Source: Actinophytocola sp.
GTDB lineage: Bacteria > Actinomycetota > Actinomycetes > Mycobacteriales > Pseudonocardiaceae
DNA length: 64,000 bases
NCBI GenBank assembly: GCA_009377385.1
Contig: WHUD01000009.1
Coordinates: forward strand, 1,345-65,344
Reading direction: 5' to 3'
Shown piece by piece: positions 60,677 through 64,000 of the stretch; within the stretch, counting starts at the first letter, position 1, and every line of letters begins with the position of its first letter. Position numbers and translations under genes: made by a program. The notes under the pieces were generated by a model. That model did no database searches. It saw only the letters and a list, made by a program, of their open reading frames with translations, and was not told the DNA's origin.

Positions 60677-61759
60677 TCAGCCTCGTGCGAACCGGTACGC
60701 ATCAACGGTCAGCTCAGCGCAGCGGCGCCAGGTGAAGCTCGCGGCGTGGGCGCGGCGGGCATGCGAGATGGACGTCGCGTGCGAGTCGCCGACGGCGGTG
60801 GCCATGCCAGCCGCCAGCGCGTCGACGTCGCCGAACGGCACCAGCTCCGCGTAGCCGCCAGCGACCTCGCGCAGCGAGGGGACGTCGGTGCACACCACCG
60901 GGACGTCGCAGGCCATCGCTTCGAGCACGGGCAGTCCGAAGCCCTCGTCGCGGGACGGCAGCACCAGCGCGCTCGCTCCCGCGACGACGTGGCGCAGGTC
61001 GACGTCGGAGACGTACCCCGCGTGCTGCGAGCGGTCGTTGACCAGGAACGGCCCCGGCCCGATGAACACGAGCGGCGGCAGGTCGGGGTTGAGTTCGTGC
61101 GCGTGAGAGAGCCACTCCAGGCCCTTACGTGGCGCCGCAGCGCCGACGAACAGCAGGTACTCGCTTGGCAGCCCGAACTTCGAGCGCAGGTCGTTGTTGG
61201 GCGGCAGCGCGGTGAACCACGCTGGGTCTACGCCGAGCGGCGTCACCATGATCTTGTCGCGGTCGACGTCGAGCCGTTCCGCGACGCGGTCGGCGACGGC
61301 CGCGGTGGGGGTGCAGATGGCGTCGGCACGGTGCGCGCTGACCCGCGCCAGCTCCGGCAGCCGGACGTCGCTTGGCGCGAGTTCGTCTGGCGCGTCGAGG
61401 AACGTGAGGTCGTGGATGGTCAGCACGCCAGCGGCCCGCGCGGTGCCCGGCAGCACGAAGTTGGTGCCGTGGACGACGTCGGTGCGTCCCGCGAACAGCT
61501 CGACAGGAGGGAAGCGGCTGCGCAGCCAGGTCGCGCGCAGCGCATGCGCCGAGACCGGCATGCCCCGCGCCCGCACCCCGTGCGGCAGGACGTGGCGGAG
61601 CTTGCGCCAGCCCCGCAGTGTGAAGGCGACCGAGCGGGCGTCCACCTCTGGCATGGACGCGAGTTCCTCGGAAAGGGATGCCGTGTACCGCCCGACGCCG
61701 GTGCGCTCGCCAAGTAGGGGAGTGCCGTCGAACAGCACTCGGAGCGGACGGTCAACCAC
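60677..61759 (-). CDS. Glycosyltransferase family 4
   Basis: TGVGRY, TIHDL, PRKG, PSRDEGFGLPVLEAMA. Confidence 0.9.
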   Translation of the reverse strand: MVDRPLRVLFDGTPLLGERTGVGRYTASLSEELASMPEVDARSVAFTLRGWRKLRHVLPHGVRARGMPVSAHALRATWLRSRFPPVELFAGRTDVVHGTNFVLPGTARAAGVLTIHDLTFLDAPDELAPSDVRLPELARVSAHRADAICTPTAAVADRVAERLDVDRDKIMVTPLGVDPAWFTALPPNNDLRSKFGLPSEYLLFVGAAAPRKGLEWLSHAHELNPDLPPLVFIGPGPFLVNDRSQHAGYVSDVDLRHVVAGASALVLPSRDEGFGLPVLEAMACDVPVVCTDVPSLREVAGGYAELVPFGDVDALAAGMATAVGDSHATSISHARRAHAASFTWRRCAELTVDAYRFARG

Positions 61760-62408
61760 GGTCGCCTCCCTTCGGCCTCGGGTCGCCCGTCGGCACTGGG
61801 CAGTCCTCCTCAACCTGAGCCCTTGTCGCCACGAGCCCTGAGAGTAGTCCGCCGCGGCCATGTCGCTGGGATCGAGGCTCTGTTGGTGCCGTTATGCCGG
61901 TTCAGGAGGGCCCGCCGTGCCCGGGTGGGTATTTGGCGCCGGGTAGCGTCGCACGGTCGCGTTACTCCATTCGGGTCGAATTTGGGGGTTTGTTCGGGTA
62001 GCCTGTGGCCCCTCGCCCGGAGTGCGGAGCCCGCATGGATTCGGCCGTGCCCCCGCTGAGATCAGCGCGTTCATCGGCCATGGGCACGAGCCACGCTGCC
62101 ATCAGCCAGCCCGCCGACGGCGCCAGCAAGCCGTTCCGCAAGCCGATGCCCACCACGGCGGGTGGGGTAGGCCAACCAGGAATGTGCGCAGCGCACCGGC
62201 TATTTCCGGCCGCAGGGCGACGCCGTGCATGAGCCCGGGGTTGGGCCAGGCCTCACCACAGAACCGGCGTACGGACCTCACCGCGTCACCGCCGTCCGAT
62301 GTGGACCCGATGCGGCCGCTGGCGCTCCGGCGAGACCGCCGACCACGTCGCGTGACGATGGCGACCATCGCGAGCGCGCCACTTGGCATGACAAGCACAA
62401 TGGATACC

Positions 62409-63575
62409 GTGCCTGAGCTCGTCGTTATCGCGGATCAACTGTTCGCGCCCGTGCCCGGCGGAACTGGGCGATATACCGGTGAGCTGCTGCGCGCCCTCGC
62501 GAAGACCGCGCCCGACGACTGGGTCGTCACCAGCGTCGTGTGCCGCCGCTCCGACGTAAGGCCAGCCATGATCGAGGGCGTCAACGGCCCCCGCGTGCTG
62601 CCGGTGCCGCGCAAGGCGCTGCTCGCGGCATGGCAGGCAGGTGTCCCGTACTGGCCGGGCGGCGACGCCGTGCATGCCCCGACGCCGTTCGCGCCGCCGC
62701 GCAAGCCCGTCGCGGGCAAGTATGCCAAGGGCACCCTCGTCGTCACCGTGCACGACACCGTGCCGTGGACGCATCCGCACACCCTCGCCCCGCGCGGGGC
62801 GAACTGGCACCGGTCGATGGTGGCGCGGGCGATGCGGCGCGCGGACGTCGTCGTGGTGCCTACCCAGTCGGTCGCCGACGACCTGCACCGCTACGTGCCG
62901 GGCACCAGCTCGGTGCGCGTCATCGCACACGGCGTCGCCGAGGTGTTCAACGCGGCGGAGGACGCGCAGGACCGCGTCGACGTCTCCCGCCTCGACCTGC
63001 CGAATCGGTACGTGCTCGCCGTCGGCACCCTTGAGCCGCGCAAGGGGCTCGACGTGCTCATCGAAGCCGTGGCCCGGCTGCACAGGACGACGGTGTTCGC
63101 GCCGCATCTGCTGTTGGTCGGCCAGCCGGCAAAGGGTGGTCCTGACCCGTCGGCGCTGGCGGCGGAGCACGGGCTGGCACCGGACGCGGTGCGGGTCTTC
63201 AGCAAGCTAACCGACCTCGAACTCGCCGCCGTCATGCGCAGGTCAGCCATACTCGCCGCGCCGAGCCACGCGGAGGGCTTCGGACTGCCGGTGCTCGAGG
63301 CGATGGCGGCGGGCGTGCCCGTTGTGCACTCCGACGCACCTGCCCTGGTCGAGGTCGCAGGCGAGGCCGGGGTGACCGTGCGGCGCGGGGACGTGACCGC
63401 GCTGTCCGACGCGCTGCGTGACGTGCTCAGCGACCCGCTCTGGACGGCCCAGCTCGCGGCGGCAGGACGTCGCAGGGCGGCGGAGTTCTCCTGGTTGAGT
63501 GCCGCCGAGGCGATGTGGCAACTGCACGTCGGGGGCTACGAGGACAGCAGGCAGAGCGTCCGGGCGCGGGACTGA
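62409..63575 (+). CDS. Glycosyltransferase family 4
   Basis: PGGTGRY, TVHD, GTLEPRKG, EGFGLPVLEAMA. Start GTG 62409 (or ATG 62400). Confidence 0.9.
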   Translation: MPELVVIADQLFAPVPGGTGRYTGELLRALAKTAPDDWVVTSVVCRRSDVRPAMIEGVNGPRVLPVPRKALLAAWQAGVPYWPGGDAVHAPTPFAPPRKPVAGKYAKGTLVVTVHDTVPWTHPHTLAPRGANWHRSMVARAMRRADVVVVPTQSVADDLHRYVPGTSSVRVIAHGVAEVFNAAEDAQDRVDVSRLDLPNRYVLAVGTLEPRKGLDVLIEAVARLHRTTVFAPHLLLVGQPAKGGPDPSALAAEHGLAPDAVRVFSKLTDLELAAVMRRSAILAAPSHAEGFGLPVLEAMAAGVPVVHSDAPALVEVAGEAGVTVRRGDVTALSDALRDVLSDPLWTAQLAAAGRRRAAEFSWLSAAEAMWQLHVGGYEDSRQSVRARD

Positions 63576-63632
63576 CGACCGCCGGGTGGCCCCGGGCGTG
63601 CGCCGGGTAACGGTACGGGCACAATAAGCGTC

Positions 63633-64000
63633 GTGCCCACGCGATCGACGTCACAGCGGACCTACGGCGACGAGCTCGCCGTCGTCACCGTCACCTACTC
63701 ACCCGGCGAGACGCTCGAACGGTTCCTCGACACGCTGGCCAAGGCCACCACGCGCCAGGTGCGGGTGATCCTCGCCGACAACGGGTCCGTCGACGGCGCC
63801 CCTGAGAAGGCCGCGGAGCGCGACGGCGTGAGCCTGCTGCCCACCGGCGGCAACCTCGGCTACGGCAGGGCCGCAAACATCGGCGTCGCCGAGCTGGACG
63901 ACACCGTTGGCTGGGTCGTCGTCTGCAATCCCGACCTCGAGTGGGAGCCGGGCACGTTGGACACCATGCTCGAGGCCGCCGACCGCTGGCCGCGCGTCGG
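63633..64000 (+). CDS. wbbL: Glycosyltransferase family 2, WbbL-like rhamnosyltransferase, 3' end outside window
   Basis: Not in ORF track; translated by eye: MPTRSTSQRTYGDELAVVTVTYSPGETLERFLDTL...ILADNGSVDGAPE...TGGNLGYGRAANIG...CNPDLEW. Near rmlD. Confidence 0.8.
   Translation, partial: MPTRSTSQRTYGDELAVVTVTYSPGETLERFLDTLAKATTRQVRVILADNGSVDGAPEKAAERDGVSLLPTGGNLGYGRAANIGVAELDDTVGWVVVCNPDLEWEPGTLDTMLEAADRWPRV

Overview
High-GC actinobacterial chromosome segment. Gene content and order point to Pseudonocardiaceae (inference). The backbone resembles the mycobacterial pmmB-punA-amidohydrolase-lpdA-glpD, accA3-maf-accE5-accD5-birA-PH-purK-purE-fadE and LCP-rmlD-wbbL regions. The window also carries an inositol uptake/catabolism cluster with a LacI regulator and tandem operators, mutA-mutB-meaB, a two-component system, an ECF sigma/anti-sigma fusion and a type VII-type TNT toxin/immunity module. 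No rRNA, tRNA, CRISPR array or transposase was recognised. The most unusual signals are non-coding or sub-genic: (1) a DUF559/Vsr-like nuclease gene bracketed by two inverted arrays of the same 21-bp repeat, with a perfect DnaA-type box upstream; (2) three near-identical copies of a 33-bp element that supplies the ATG and an in-frame MRTAxRSESS peptide at unrelated gene starts (MIRU-like); (3) a family of REP-like palindromes, one of which forms 33-bp direct repeats around a GNAT-LuxR cassette; (4) a TNT domain whose catalytic Gln appears replaced by Arg; and (5) several deletion scars (vapBC, snoaL/tetR, Uma2, a probable glycosyltransferase) plus a frameshifted LCP gene. All family assignments come from motif recognition by eye, not database searches.
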